DNA of 64,000 bases from Steroidobacteraceae bacterium (GCA_035556135.1 DATMFO010000002.1:35156-99155); one strand, 5' to 3'. Shown: positions 1-8,889, numbered from the stretch's first letter. The notes: generated by a model from the sequence alone, not told the origin. Numbers and translations: made by a program.

Positions 1-476
1 ATGGCCTGCAGCATGTCCTTGTAGCTGGAGCGCACGTTCAGTTCCGGCGCCTGGGTGGCGGCCGGCGGCGGACGCGGACCGGTGGCACCGGGGCCATTGA
101 GGATGCGGCCCGGCGCGATGGCGAGATAACCGTGCGAGGCCACTTCCAGCAGGTGCAGGCGCGAGCTGGCCCCGTCATCCACACAGGCACCGTTGCCGAA
201 CACATAGATGCCAAGTTTCGTGCTGCCCAGCGCCGCGAGGTTGGCCGGCCGGTACAGCACCTGAGGTACGGGCGTGCGGATCTCCTCCTTGATGGCCGGG
301 AAGCGGCCAGTGCCCGGTGTGTCTGGCGTCGCGTTCTGGCGAACGCGCTGTTCCTCTTCCCGGGCCCGCTCGGCCTCGGTCATCGTGGTCTGGAAAGGCA
401 GCTCCTGCGCGGCCCATGCCGTCATTGCCACCAGACCGATAGCCATCGCAATCATCGGACGAATTGCCTGACGCAT
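1..476 (-). CDS. secreted alpha/beta hydrolase (dienelactone-hydrolase-like), N-terminal part only; continues beyond left edge
   Basis: Absent from the ORF track because it runs off the window edge. Hand translation from ATG (complement of 474-476) gives MRQAIRPMIAMAIGLVAMTAWA...TPDTPGTGRFPAIKEEI...YRPANLAALGSTKLGIYVFGNGAC...SSRLHLLEVASHGYLAIAPGRILNGPGA with no stops. About 53/82 positions are identical to the N-terminus of 17257..18189 in a hand alignment. Confidence 0.75.
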   Translation of the reverse strand, partial: MRQAIRPMIAMAIGLVAMTAWAAQELPFQTTMTEAERAREEEQRVRQNATPDTPGTGRFPAIKEEIRTPVPQVLYRPANLAALGSTKLGIYVFGNGACVDDGASSRLHLLEVASHGYLAIAPGRILNGPGATGPRPPPAATQAPELNVRSSYKDMLQA

Positions 477-482
477 GTGCCA

Positions 483-520
483 CCCCCGCCAAATAGTTGT
501 GAGCGGGCATTATCCCCGGA
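483..520. repeat. 38-bp dispersed repeat, copy 1 (CCCCCGCCAAATAGTTGTGAGCGGGCATTATCCCCGGA)
   Basis: 35/38 identical to 1533..1570. The core GAGCGGGCATTATCC recurs at 37884..37898. Lies in the divergent promoter region between the hydrolase and MarR genes. Confidence 0.8.
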
Positions 521-607
521 GATTCGCTGCAGGTCGATGCGCCGCTTCAGATGCAGCGGGGCGGGGTTGCGCCCGCATTGCCAACGTAATTGACATTCAC
601 CGAGATC

Positions 608-622
608 GTCAACTAGATTGAC
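608..622. promoter_or_regulatory. GTCAA-N5-TTGAC inverted repeat, candidate MarR operator
   Basis: GTCAACTAGATTGAC lies immediately upstream of, and overlaps, the marR start region. MarR-family operators are typically short pseudo-palindromes at the regulator's own promoter. Confidence 0.4.
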
Positions 623-626
623 AATC

Positions 627-1070
627 ATGCCGCAATCGACCGAGGATCTGCTCTGGGAAGTCCGCCGCCTGTTCCGTGAACTGGCGCGTGCGGCCGACAC
701 CGCGCTCGCCCCGCTGGGCGTCACTGCCGCGGAACGCGCCCTGCTGGAGTTTCTGGCCCGCGCCAGGGGCCGGACCAGCCTTTCCGAAATCGCCCGCAGG
801 CGCGCCGTCAGCCGGCAGCACGTGCACCAGACACTGGCGCGCCTGGATCCGGCCTGGGTGGTGCGTTTCGAGGACCCCGCCGACGCCCGCTCCGTTTCGA
901 TCGCCCTCAGCGACGCGGGCCGTGCGCTGTGGAAGCGCATCCGCGCCGTGGACAACGAGCTGCTGCGATGCGTGGAGGGGCAGGTAGACGAGCGCCGCAT
1001 CCAGGCTGCGACCATCACGCTGCGGCGCATCCGCGCGGCCGTTCAGCCGGCCGGCGGGGAGATTCCATGA
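627..1070 (+). CDS. MarR family transcriptional regulator
   Basis: The ORF 618..1070 translation carries a winged-helix MarR pattern (LGVTAAERALLEFLARARGRTSLSEIARRRAVSRQHVHQTLARL...SVSIALSDAGRALW). ATG at 627 is preferred over TTG at 618. Confidence 0.85.
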   Translation: MPQSTEDLLWEVRRLFRELARAADTALAPLGVTAAERALLEFLARARGRTSLSEIARRRAVSRQHVHQTLARLDPAWVVRFEDPADARSVSIALSDAGRALWKRIRAVDNELLRCVEGQVDERRIQAATITLRRIRAAVQPAGGEIP

Positions 1071-1546
1071 TCGAGGTGCCGCAGCACTACCGGCAGTCGT
1101 CCATCCTGCCGCCGCGCGCCCTTCTGCTGGCAATGCTCTGCCAGGCGCCGCTGCTGGCCGCGGCGTGGCCGCCACGCCCCGGCCTCGTCACCCTTGCGGC
1201 CGGCACCGTGTTGCTGGCGGCCGGCATGATCCTGAACGTACTTGCGGCGCGCTGCTTTCGGCGCCGCGCCGTGGAAATCTGTCCCTTCGGCGCAACGCCC
1301 GCGTTGATCGAGGAGGGTCCGTTCCGGTTCTCGCGCAATCCCATGTATCTCGGGCTGGTTGCCCTGAGCGCCGGCTTCACCCTGGTCAGCGGTGTCCTGG
1401 CGAACCTCTGGATCTCGGTCGCCTATTTCATCTGGCTGCATCATGCCTATGTGCTGCCCGAGGAGCGCTTCCTGCGCCGGCAGTTCGGTGCAACATACGA
1501 GCGGTACGCCCAACGCATTCCGCGGTGGTTGGCCCCCGCCAAATAG
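1067..1546 (+). CDS. isoprenylcysteine carboxyl methyltransferase (ICMT)/phospholipid methyltransferase-family membrane protein
   Basis: Internal ATG at 1067 overlaps the marR stop (ATGA). Hydrophobic helices are followed by the family-typical EEGPFRFSRNPMYLG...LPEERFLRRQFGATYERY. Confidence 0.8.
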   Translation: MIEVPQHYRQSSILPPRALLLAMLCQAPLLAAAWPPRPGLVTLAAGTVLLAAGMILNVLAARCFRRRAVEICPFGATPALIEEGPFRFSRNPMYLGLVALSAGFTLVSGVLANLWISVAYFIWLHHAYVLPEERFLRRQFGATYERYAQRIPRWLAPAK

Positions 1547-1570
1547 TTGTAAGCGGGCATCATCCTCGGA
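1533..1570. repeat. 38-bp dispersed repeat, copy 2
   Basis: CCCCCGCCAAATAGTTGTAAGCGGGCATCATCCTCGGA. Overlaps the last codons and TAG stop of the ICMT gene and lies upstream of the GH3 gene. Confidence 0.8.
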
Positions 1571-1618
1571 CATATTCACCCCCGCCACTCGCGCGTGCAA
1601 TTGCAGGGAGCATCGAGC

Positions 1619-4252
1619 ATGACGACCAGATTGTGGAAGCCGGCACTTGTCGTACTCGCCCTGGCGGCGCTGGTAGCCACCGGGGTGGCCATGCAGCGGG
1701 GCAGGGTGGAGCCGTACCTGGATACGAGTCTGTCGCCCGCGCGCCGGGCTGCAGACCTGGTCGCGCGCATGACGCTGGAAGAGAAGGTGCTGCAGATGCA
1801 GAGCACCGCGCCCGCCATCGAGCGCCTGGGCGTGCCGGCGTACAACTGGTGGAACGAAGCCCTGCACGGCGTGGTGCAGGGGCGGGCCACGGTGTTCCCG
1901 CAGGCCATCGGCCTCGCCGCCACCTGGGATACGCCGTTGATGCGGCGCGTGGCCGACGTGATCTCCACCGAGGCGCGCGCCAAATACCACGATGCGCAGA
2001 CGCGGCCGCCACCCACCGGCCCCGAAGCCCTGGCGACGCTGCCCGGGCGCACCGCCGGGCTCACCTACTGGTCGCCCAACATCAACATCTTCCGTGACCC
2101 CAGGTGGGGACGCGGCCAGGAAACCTACGGCGAAGATCCTTATCTCGCCGGCCGCATGGGCGTGGCCTTCGTGCGGGGCATGCAAGGTGATGATCCCCGC
2201 TACCTGAAGACCGTCGCCACGCCCAAGCACTACGCCGTGCACAGCGGACCGGAACCGCAGCGGCATGTGTTCGATGCCCGCGTGAGCGAATACGACCTGG
2301 CGAACACCTACCTCGCCGCATTCCGCGACACTGTGGTGGAGGCGAAGGCCGGCTCCATCATGTGCGTGTACAACGCCGTGGCCGGCGTGCCCGGCTGCGC
2401 CAGCAGCGACCTGCTGCAGAAGCGGCTGCGCGAGGAGTGGGGCTTCGAGGGCTACGTGGTGAGCGACTGCGGCGCAGTGAACGATATCCACGCCAACCAC
2501 AAGAAGACGGAAACCCTGGGCGAAGCGGCTGTGGCTGCGGTGAAGGCCGGCACCGATCTCACCTGCGGCACCGAGTACACCACGCTGGTGGAAGAAGTGA
2601 AGGCGGGCCGCATCAGCGAGGCAGAGATTGATCGCGCGCTCACGCGGCTAATGGAGGCGCGCATGCGCCTCGGCATGTTCGATCCGCAGGAGCGTGTGCC
2701 TTTTGCCAGCATCCCCATCACCGCCAATGACTCCCCTGAACATCGCGAAGTGGCGCGCGAAGCCGCGCGCAAGGCCATCGTGCTGCTGAAGAACGATGGG
2801 GTGCTGCCGCTGTCGCCCACCACGCGCAGCATCGCTGTCGTCGGGCCGGCGGCCGATGATCCGGTGTCACTGCTCGGCAACTACAACGGCATCTCCTCGA
2901 AGCAGGTCACGCCGCTGGCCGGACTGCAGGCGGCATTCCCCGCTGCGCGGCTGGGCTATGCGCTGGGTGCCAACTACACCGCCAGCACACATGCGCTGGT
3001 GGCTGGCGCCTTCCTGTCGACGCCGGACGGTGGTCCGGGGCTGCTCGCCGAATACTTCGACAATCCGGACCTGTCGGGCGAGCCGAAGCTGCGTCGAATC
3101 GAGCCGCGCGGCTATTTCAGCTCCGACATGGAAGATCCGGCCGTGCGCGGCGCGGTGGGCCGCACGGCGTACTCCATCCGCTGGACGGGCAAGCTCACGC
3201 CACGCGCCAGCGGCGAGTTCGATCTCACGGTGCGGCTGGGGACCTGGAACCGCAGCGCCCGCGCCAGCCTGTTCCTCGATGGCAAGGAGCTGTCGATCGG
3301 CACCGGACCGGTGACGCAGCAAACCTCCACGCAGCCGGCGACTGGGCCTGGCCGGCCGCCGCGGGCGAAGGTGCAGCTGGAAGCCGGCCGCAGTTATGAC
3401 CTGCGCATCGACTACCACCAGCCCGGGTCCGGTGGATCGATGCAGCTGGGGTGGATTCCACCGGAAGCCGCCGCGCTGGCGGAGGCCGAGGCGCTGATCC
3501 GCCAGTCCGACGTGGCGCTGGTCTTCGTGGGTCTCAACAGCGAGCTGGAGGGCGAGGAACTGCGCGGCGTGAACATCCCCGGATTCCTCGGCGGCGACCG
3601 CACCACGCTCGACCTGCCCGTCCAGCAGGAAAACCTTGTGAAGGCGGCCATCGCCACCGGCAAGCCGGTGGTCGTGGTGCTCTCCAGCGGCAGCGCCATC
3701 GCAGCCAATCATGCGGCCGCGCGGGCTGGCGCAGTGGTGGTGTCCTGGTATGGCGGCGAAGAGGCGGGCTCCGCGATTGCCGATGTGCTTTCTGGCGCCG
3801 CCAATCCCGCCGGCCGGTTGCCGGTGACCTTCTATCGCAGCGTGGACCAGTTGCCGCCCTTCACCGATTACGCCATGAAGGGCCGCACCTACCGCTACTT
3901 CACCGGCGAGCCGCTGTATCCCTTCGGTTACGGACTGAGCTACTCGAAGTTCGAATACACGGATCTCACGGCGCAACGCTCGGCCGATGGCGCCACCATC
4001 CGCGCCGCGGTGCGCAATGCATCTTCGCGAGATGGCGACGAGGTGGTGCAGCTGTATGTGGGCGGCGGGCCCGGAGAGGAGGCACCCATCCGCAACCTGC
4101 GCGGCTTCGAGCGCATCCATCTGCGGGCAGGGGAGACACGGGTGGTGGTGTTCAAGGTGCCGGCAACGGATCTGCCGCAGGCCGAAGTGGAAATCAGCGT
4201 CGGTGGCGGACAACCGGCGGCGGCGGTGCCACATGTGCGTGGCAGTCTCTGA
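1619..4252 (+). CDS. glycoside hydrolase family 3 (beta-glucosidase/beta-xylosidase type) with inserted PA14-like domain, secreted
   Basis: Signal-like N-terminus MTTRLWKPALVVLALAALVA. GH3 motifs include YNWWNEALHG, KHYAVHSGPE, GYVVSDCGAV and the PA14-like YFDNPDLSGEP...IRWTGKL. GGGAG lies 8 nt before ATG 1619; an alternative GTG lies at 1595. Confidence 0.9.
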   Translation: MTTRLWKPALVVLALAALVATGVAMQRGRVEPYLDTSLSPARRAADLVARMTLEEKVLQMQSTAPAIERLGVPAYNWWNEALHGVVQGRATVFPQAIGLAATWDTPLMRRVADVISTEARAKYHDAQTRPPPTGPEALATLPGRTAGLTYWSPNINIFRDPRWGRGQETYGEDPYLAGRMGVAFVRGMQGDDPRYLKTVATPKHYAVHSGPEPQRHVFDARVSEYDLANTYLAAFRDTVVEAKAGSIMCVYNAVAGVPGCASSDLLQKRLREEWGFEGYVVSDCGAVNDIHANHKKTETLGEAAVAAVKAGTDLTCGTEYTTLVEEVKAGRISEAEIDRALTRLMEARMRLGMFDPQERVPFASIPITANDSPEHREVAREAARKAIVLLKNDGVLPLSPTTRSIAVVGPAADDPVSLLGNYNGISSKQVTPLAGLQAAFPAARLGYALGANYTASTHALVAGAFLSTPDGGPGLLAEYFDNPDLSGEPKLRRIEPRGYFSSDMEDPAVRGAVGRTAYSIRWTGKLTPRASGEFDLTVRLGTWNRSARASLFLDGKELSIGTGPVTQQTSTQPATGPGRPPRAKVQLEAGRSYDLRIDYHQPGSGGSMQLGWIPPEAAALAEAEALIRQSDVALVFVGLNSELEGEELRGVNIPGFLGGDRTTLDLPVQQENLVKAAIATGKPVVVVLSSGSAIAANHAAARAGAVVVSWYGGEEAGSAIADVLSGAANPAGRLPVTFYRSVDQLPPFTDYAMKGRTYRYFTGEPLYPFGYGLSYSKFEYTDLTAQRSADGATIRAAVRNASSRDGDEVVQLYVGGGPGEEAPIRNLRGFERIHLRAGETRVVVFKVPATDLPQAEVEISVGGGQPAAAVPHVRGSL

Positions 4253-4344
4253 TCCCCGGGAATTGATAGCCCCGGGCCGTCATTCAGCCGCCACGTCCCG
4301 GTAGCCCCCCCGGGGACCCGTTACATTCCGGACCTTCATTCGTC

Positions 4345-4929
4345 ATGAGGGCCGGGATGGACGGAGTCTTCATCATGGCGGGAGACAGGCTCAGGCAGTT
4401 CGACACACTGGTGGCGCCGCACCTGGAGCGGCTGTTCCGTGTGGCGCACCGGTTGACCGGCAACACCGCCGATGCACGCGACCTGGTGCAGGACACGTGC
4501 GTTGCTGCCTGCGAGCGGCTGGCCGAGCTGGCCGGCACCACCCACCCGGTACGGTGGTTGCTGCGCGTCCAGCACAACCGCTTCATCGATGGCGCACGGC
4601 GCCGCAAGCGGGCTCCGGTGTTCACACTGGATCTCTCTGCGCAGGCTGGCAGCATGCCCAGCAACGAACCCGGACCGGATGACCTGTTGCAGCAGGCGCA
4701 GGCGGAAATGGCCCTGGAGCGTGCCTTCCGGAAACTCGACGACACGCAGCGCACGCTGCTCTCGCTGCGCGCCGAGGGCTACGACCTCGCAGAAATCGAG
4801 GCCATCACAGGCATAGGCAAGGAGGTGCTGCGCGCGCGACTGCATCGTGCCCGCAACAGCCTGGCTCAGCGACTCGAGGAGCAGGGCCACGCGCCCGCGC
4901 GGCCGGTCCGGATCGGGAGTGGATCATGA
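4345..4929 (+). CDS. ECF-type RNA polymerase sigma-70 family factor
   Basis: Region 2 pattern LFRVAHRLTGNTADARDLVQDT...WLLRVQHNRFID and region 4 pattern LSLRAEGYDLAEIEAITGIGKEVLRARLHRAR. The start is ambiguous (ATG at 4345, 4357 or 4375). Confidence 0.85.
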   Translation: MRAGMDGVFIMAGDRLRQFDTLVAPHLERLFRVAHRLTGNTADARDLVQDTCVAACERLAELAGTTHPVRWLLRVQHNRFIDGARRRKRAPVFTLDLSAQAGSMPSNEPGPDDLLQQAQAEMALERAFRKLDDTQRTLLSLRAEGYDLAEIEAITGIGKEVLRARLHRARNSLAQRLEEQGHAPARPVRIGSGS

Positions 4930-6770
4930 ACAGCCAGTACCTTGCCCAGCTGCTTGATGACGACGCCTTTGATGCGCTCGATGCGGGAAGCCGCACGGCG
5001 GCGCTGGCGCGACTGGCGGCATTGATGGATTGCCGCAATGAGTGGGAGCCGCACGCGCGCCTGGTCTCGCACCCTGTTCCGGCGATGCCGGCGGACCTGG
5101 TCGCCGACTGCCGCGCACTGGTTGCCTCTGGCCCCCAATCACGGCGCGGCCAGCGCCCGCACAGCAGGCTCATCCTGATTGGCGTGGTGGCTGTGGCGGC
5201 AGCTGCGGCGGCGCTGCTGGTGGCTTACCTGTGGCCAGTGGAAAGCGTGCCGCAGCAGGAAACACTCGCGGCGGCCCCGTCAACACCGGCCAACGACGGG
5301 CCGGTGCCTACGAGCAGAGGCGCGCCAGTCGCGCAGCCGGGCGCGGAGGCGGGCGAGGCGCCGCTGCCCGCCTTCCTCGTATTCGTGGCGCCCATACGCG
5401 AGCCGGAAGAGATCATTGCGTTGAGCAAGGGTGAGCCGCTGGGCTGGATAGGGGAACAGGTTGCCGAAATCGAACGCAATCCTGTCAGGAGGACCGCGTT
5501 CACCAGCTTCCGGACGGCGTTGATCGGCGAGCTGCAGCGGGTTCCCGGCATCCAGCTAGTGGAGTCGGAATCACAGCTGGGCGCGGCCATTGCCTCCGTC
5601 CCCGGATTCGCGGTTCGGATTGCCGGTTCGTACGGGATGTCAGAAGACGGAAAACTCTTCGACGTCGGAGCCCGCTACATCCAGATAACGGTAAGCGTGG
5701 TCAGGCCGGATCCTGATGGCACCATGCCCAAGCAGGCACCTGGGCTGCCCGTCATGGTGGCGCTTGATCTGGAGGGTGGGGCCTGCAGGATCAATGCCTC
5801 TGCCGCCACCTGCGGAAATGTTCACGAGCTGGCCAGCCATGCCGTGAAGCGGCTGCGGGAAACCGCATTTCCACCCGATGCTGAAATCACGCGCGAGCGA
5901 CAGGCGCGGTTGATGAATGCAGCCCTGGAACCCGATGAGCGGTTCAAGGCGCTTGAGGAACTTCTCGGTCCACAGGGTCAGCACGGAAGGGCAGCAATGC
6001 GCGATCCGGCAAGCGTGCGCGGGCTGCTGGGCCTGGCTGCTTCCGCCGACCCCGCCCTGCGCGCCCGCCTCTGGCGGGCCATTCGCGGCATCGCCGAGCC
6101 GGATCTGCTCTCGCCGTTGCAGTCCGCGGCATTGAATGATGCTGAGGAAGCACGACTGGAGGCTGTGGTGACGCTGGCCGCTGACTTCGCGCAGGACGCT
6201 TCCGCCAGGGCGACGCTTGAGACGGTAGCCAACTCGGACAAGCGTGCGCTGGTTCGCGCGCTGGCCCAGCGCGGCTTGGCCGGCGAGGGTGTCTGGCGTG
6301 CCTATGTCAACGCCTCGCTGCGCGATGCGAACCGGCGGGCGGATGAGCGCATTGAAGCAGCCCTCTATGAGTACGAGTCCGTCGGCAGGCAGCCCATCAA
6401 GGACTCCTTCGCGCCGCGCCCGTATTTCGAGGTGCTGGACCAAGGAGCGATCGATGTCCTGGCGCGCCTCATCCCCGGGGCCGCCAAGGAAATGCCTGCG
6501 AGCGAGCTTCGCCTGCTCAGCATGGCAAGCATGCTGGCATCACGCGAGCGCGACAGCGATGCGGCAATTGATGCATTGCTGCACTTCCTGCAGCACGGCA
6601 GCAGCAGCAGCACGAGGAGGGGAGCGGTCGCCGACCTCGGGCGGTGGTACAAGGAGCACGAGCGTGTGCGTGCAGCATTGCGGGAGACGCTCCGGAATGA
6701 CCCGGATCCGGCGGTGCGCGAGCGTGTCACGCAGGTGATGGGCGCTGCCTTCGCTTCCGCAGGACCCTGA
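4926..6770 (+). CDS. putative membrane-spanning anti-sigma factor with large periplasmic HEAT-like repeat domain
   Basis: ATGA overlap with the sigma gene. About 80 cytoplasmic residues precede one TM segment (LILIGVVAVAAAAAALLVAYLW), followed by about 510 extracytoplasmic residues ending in HEAT-like helices (LRNDPDPAVRERVTQVMG). No zf-HC2 HxxxCxxC motif. Confidence 0.55.
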   Translation: MNSQYLAQLLDDDAFDALDAGSRTAALARLAALMDCRNEWEPHARLVSHPVPAMPADLVADCRALVASGPQSRRGQRPHSRLILIGVVAVAAAAAALLVAYLWPVESVPQQETLAAAPSTPANDGPVPTSRGAPVAQPGAEAGEAPLPAFLVFVAPIREPEEIIALSKGEPLGWIGEQVAEIERNPVRRTAFTSFRTALIGELQRVPGIQLVESESQLGAAIASVPGFAVRIAGSYGMSEDGKLFDVGARYIQITVSVVRPDPDGTMPKQAPGLPVMVALDLEGGACRINASAATCGNVHELASHAVKRLRETAFPPDAEITRERQARLMNAALEPDERFKALEELLGPQGQHGRAAMRDPASVRGLLGLAASADPALRARLWRAIRGIAEPDLLSPLQSAALNDAEEARLEAVVTLAADFAQDASARATLETVANSDKRALVRALAQRGLAGEGVWRAYVNASLRDANRRADERIEAALYEYESVGRQPIKDSFAPRPYFEVLDQGAIDVLARLIPGAAKEMPASELRLLSMASMLASRERDSDAAIDALLHFLQHGSSSSTRRGAVADLGRWYKEHERVRAALRETLRNDPDPAVRERVTQVMGAAFASAGP

Positions 6771-6807
6771 GCGCAGCCTGTTTGCCGGTTCCCCGCGGGA
6801 CAGATTT

Positions 6808-6882
6808 TGGTGGGCGGTACAGGATTTGAACCTGTGACCCCTGCCGTGTGAAAGCAGTGCTCTACCGCTGAGCTAACCGCCC
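6808..6882 (-). tRNA. tRNA-Val (anticodon CAC)
   Basis: Hand-folded cloverleaf GGGCGGT/TA/GCTC-AGCGGTA-GAGC/A/CTGCT-TTCACAC-GGCAG/GGGTC/ACAGG-TTCAAAT-CCTGT/ACCGCCC-A-CCA. Confidence 0.9.
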
Positions 6883-6987
6883 GTCCCGAAGGGAGCGCAA
6901 GTCTACGCACGGCCCCGCCGCTGCGCAATCCGGCGCGGCCGGTTCCGGGCGTTGAGGCACCCGCCGTGCTGTGCCACAGTGCCTGCA

Positions 6988-7473
6988 ATGAGCAGCATTC
7001 CTACCGCACCTTCGGCGCCCGCCCCGGGCCTCACCCATGTGTTCTCGCTGCGCGGCGAGCTGGCCCCGCCGGTGGAGCAGGGCGAGATCGACGGCCAGCG
7101 CAAGCGCTTCATCCCGGTCACCGGCGGCACCGTCGGCGGCCCGCGGCTCGCGGGCCGGGTGCTGCCGGGCGGCGGCGACTGGCAGGCCATCGCTCCCGGC
7201 GGCCTCACGCTGGTGCTGGCCCGCTACTGCATCGAGGCCAGCGACGGCACCGTGATCGCGGTGACCAATACGGGCGTGCGCACCGCCGAGCCGGAGGTGA
7301 TGGACAAGCTGGTGCGCGGCATCGAAGTGCCGCCGGATGCCTACTATTTCCGCACCACGCCCGTGTTCGACGTGCGCCCCGGCCCGCATGAATGGCTGCG
7401 GCGCCACGTGTTCGTGGCCCGCGGCATCCGCAAGCCCGAGCACGTGATCGTGGATTTCTACCGCGTCGACTGA
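6988..7473 (+). CDS. DUF3237 (UPF0311) family protein
   Basis: The pattern GQRKRFIPVTGGTVGGPRLAGRVLPGGGDWQ...YYFRTTPVFD is typical of this family. ATG at 6988 lies within ORF 6952..7473. Confidence 0.7.
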   Translation: MSSIPTAPSAPAPGLTHVFSLRGELAPPVEQGEIDGQRKRFIPVTGGTVGGPRLAGRVLPGGGDWQAIAPGGLTLVLARYCIEASDGTVIAVTNTGVRTAEPEVMDKLVRGIEVPPDAYYFRTTPVFDVRPGPHEWLRRHVFVARGIRKPEHVIVDFYRVD

Positions 7474-7503
7474 GCCGGCAGTGCCGGCTACCATGCGCCG
7501 CCT

Positions 7504-8889
7504 ATGAGCATCGTTACCCGCTTCGCGCCCAGTCCCACCGGCATGCTGCACATCGGCGGCGTACGCACGGCCCTGTTCTCCTGGCTGCAGGCCCGCCGCC
7601 ACGGCGGCAAGTTCATCCTGCGCGTGGAAGACACTGACCGCGAGCGCTCCACCGAGGAGGCGGTCCGCGTGATCCTGGAGGGCATGCGCTGGCTGGGCCT
7701 GAACGAGGACGAGGGGCCCTACTACCAGACGCAGCGCTACGACCGGTACCGCGCCGTGATCGAGGAGATGCTGGCCAAGGGCCTGGCCTACCGCTGCTAC
7801 TGCTCGAAGGAAGAGCTGGATGCCATGCGCGAGGCACAGCTGCTGCGCAAGGAGAAGCCGCGCTACGACGGCCGCTGGCGCGATTCGAAAGAAGCCCCGC
7901 CGCCCGGTGTGCAGCCGGTGATCCGCTTCAGGAACCCGCTGGAAGGCGAGGTGGTGGTCGACGACCTGGTACACGGCCGCACCGTGTTCCAGAACAGCGA
8001 GCTGGACGACCTGATCATCCAGCGCTCCGACGGCAATCCCACCTACAACTTCTGCGTGGTGGTGGATGACTGGGACATGGGCGTCACGCAGGTCATCCGG
8101 GGCGACGACCACCTGAACAACACGCCGCGGCAGATCAACATGCTCAAGGCGCTGGGCGCCACGCCGCCGCAATATGCGCATGTGCCGATGATCCTCGGCG
8201 CCGACGGCGCGAAGCTCTCCAAGCGCCATGGGGCCGTGAGCGTGCTGGAGTACCAGAAGGAAGGTTTCCTGCCCGACGCGCTGCTGAACTACCTGGTGAG
8301 GCTGGGCTGGTCGCATGGCGACCAGGAAATATTCACCCGCGAGGAGATGATCGCCGCCTTCGACATATCGGACGTGAACAAGGCCGCCGCGGCCTTCAAT
8401 CCCGACAAGCTGCTGTGGCTCAACCAGCAGCACATCATCCGCGCGCCGGTCGCAGCGCTGGTGCCGGTGCTGCGCGAGCAGCTGGCCCTGCTGGGCGTGG
8501 AGAATGCCGATCCGGAGCTCTGCGGGGGCGTGGTGGAGGCCCTGCGCGAGCGGGCCAAGACGATGAAGGAGATGGCTGCTTCGGGCCTCTTCTTCTTCCT
8601 GCCGCCGAAGATGGACGAGAAGGCGGTGGCCAAGCACCTCACGGCTGAAGGCAAGGCGCTGCTCGGCGAACTGGGCGCGGCCTTCACGGCCGCCACGGAC
8701 TGGTCTGCCCCCGCGCTGCACCAGCTGCTGCAGCAGTTCGCCGAGGCCAGGTCGCTGGGTCTGGGCAAGGTCGCCCAGCCGCTGCGGGTGGCGATGACGG
8801 GCGGGACGGTTTCACCGCCTATTGACGCCACCCTTGCGTTGCTGGGGCAGGAGCGCGTGCTGGCCCGCCTGGAGACAGCGCTGAAATGA
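7504..8889 (+). CDS. gltX: glutamate--tRNA ligase
   Basis: RFAPSPTGMLHIGGVRTALFSW (HIGH motif), KLSKRHG (KMSKS motif), 461 aa. Confidence 0.97.
   Translation: MSIVTRFAPSPTGMLHIGGVRTALFSWLQARRHGGKFILRVEDTDRERSTEEAVRVILEGMRWLGLNEDEGPYYQTQRYDRYRAVIEEMLAKGLAYRCYCSKEELDAMREAQLLRKEKPRYDGRWRDSKEAPPPGVQPVIRFRNPLEGEVVVDDLVHGRTVFQNSELDDLIIQRSDGNPTYNFCVVVDDWDMGVTQVIRGDDHLNNTPRQINMLKALGATPPQYAHVPMILGADGAKLSKRHGAVSVLEYQKEGFLPDALLNYLVRLGWSHGDQEIFTREEMIAAFDISDVNKAAAAFNPDKLLWLNQQHIIRAPVAALVPVLREQLALLGVENADPELCGGVVEALRERAKTMKEMAASGLFFFLPPKMDEKAVAKHLTAEGKALLGELGAAFTAATDWSAPALHQLLQQFAEARSLGLGKVAQPLRVAMTGGTVSPPIDATLALLGQERVLARLETALK

Noticed and set aside
1043-2500. 485-aa minus-strand ORF antisense to the ICMT and GH3 genes
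   Set aside because: The translation is Arg/Ala/Gly/His-rich low-complexity with no motifs. It lies fully opposite two ORFs with clear family signatures. Long antisense open frames are expected in GC-rich DNA.
6862-8721. 619-aa minus-strand ORF antisense to gltX and DUF3237, overlapping tRNA-Val
   Set aside because: Same shadow-ORF pattern. gltX on the plus strand has HIGH and KMSKS motifs, and the ORF would run through a tRNA gene.
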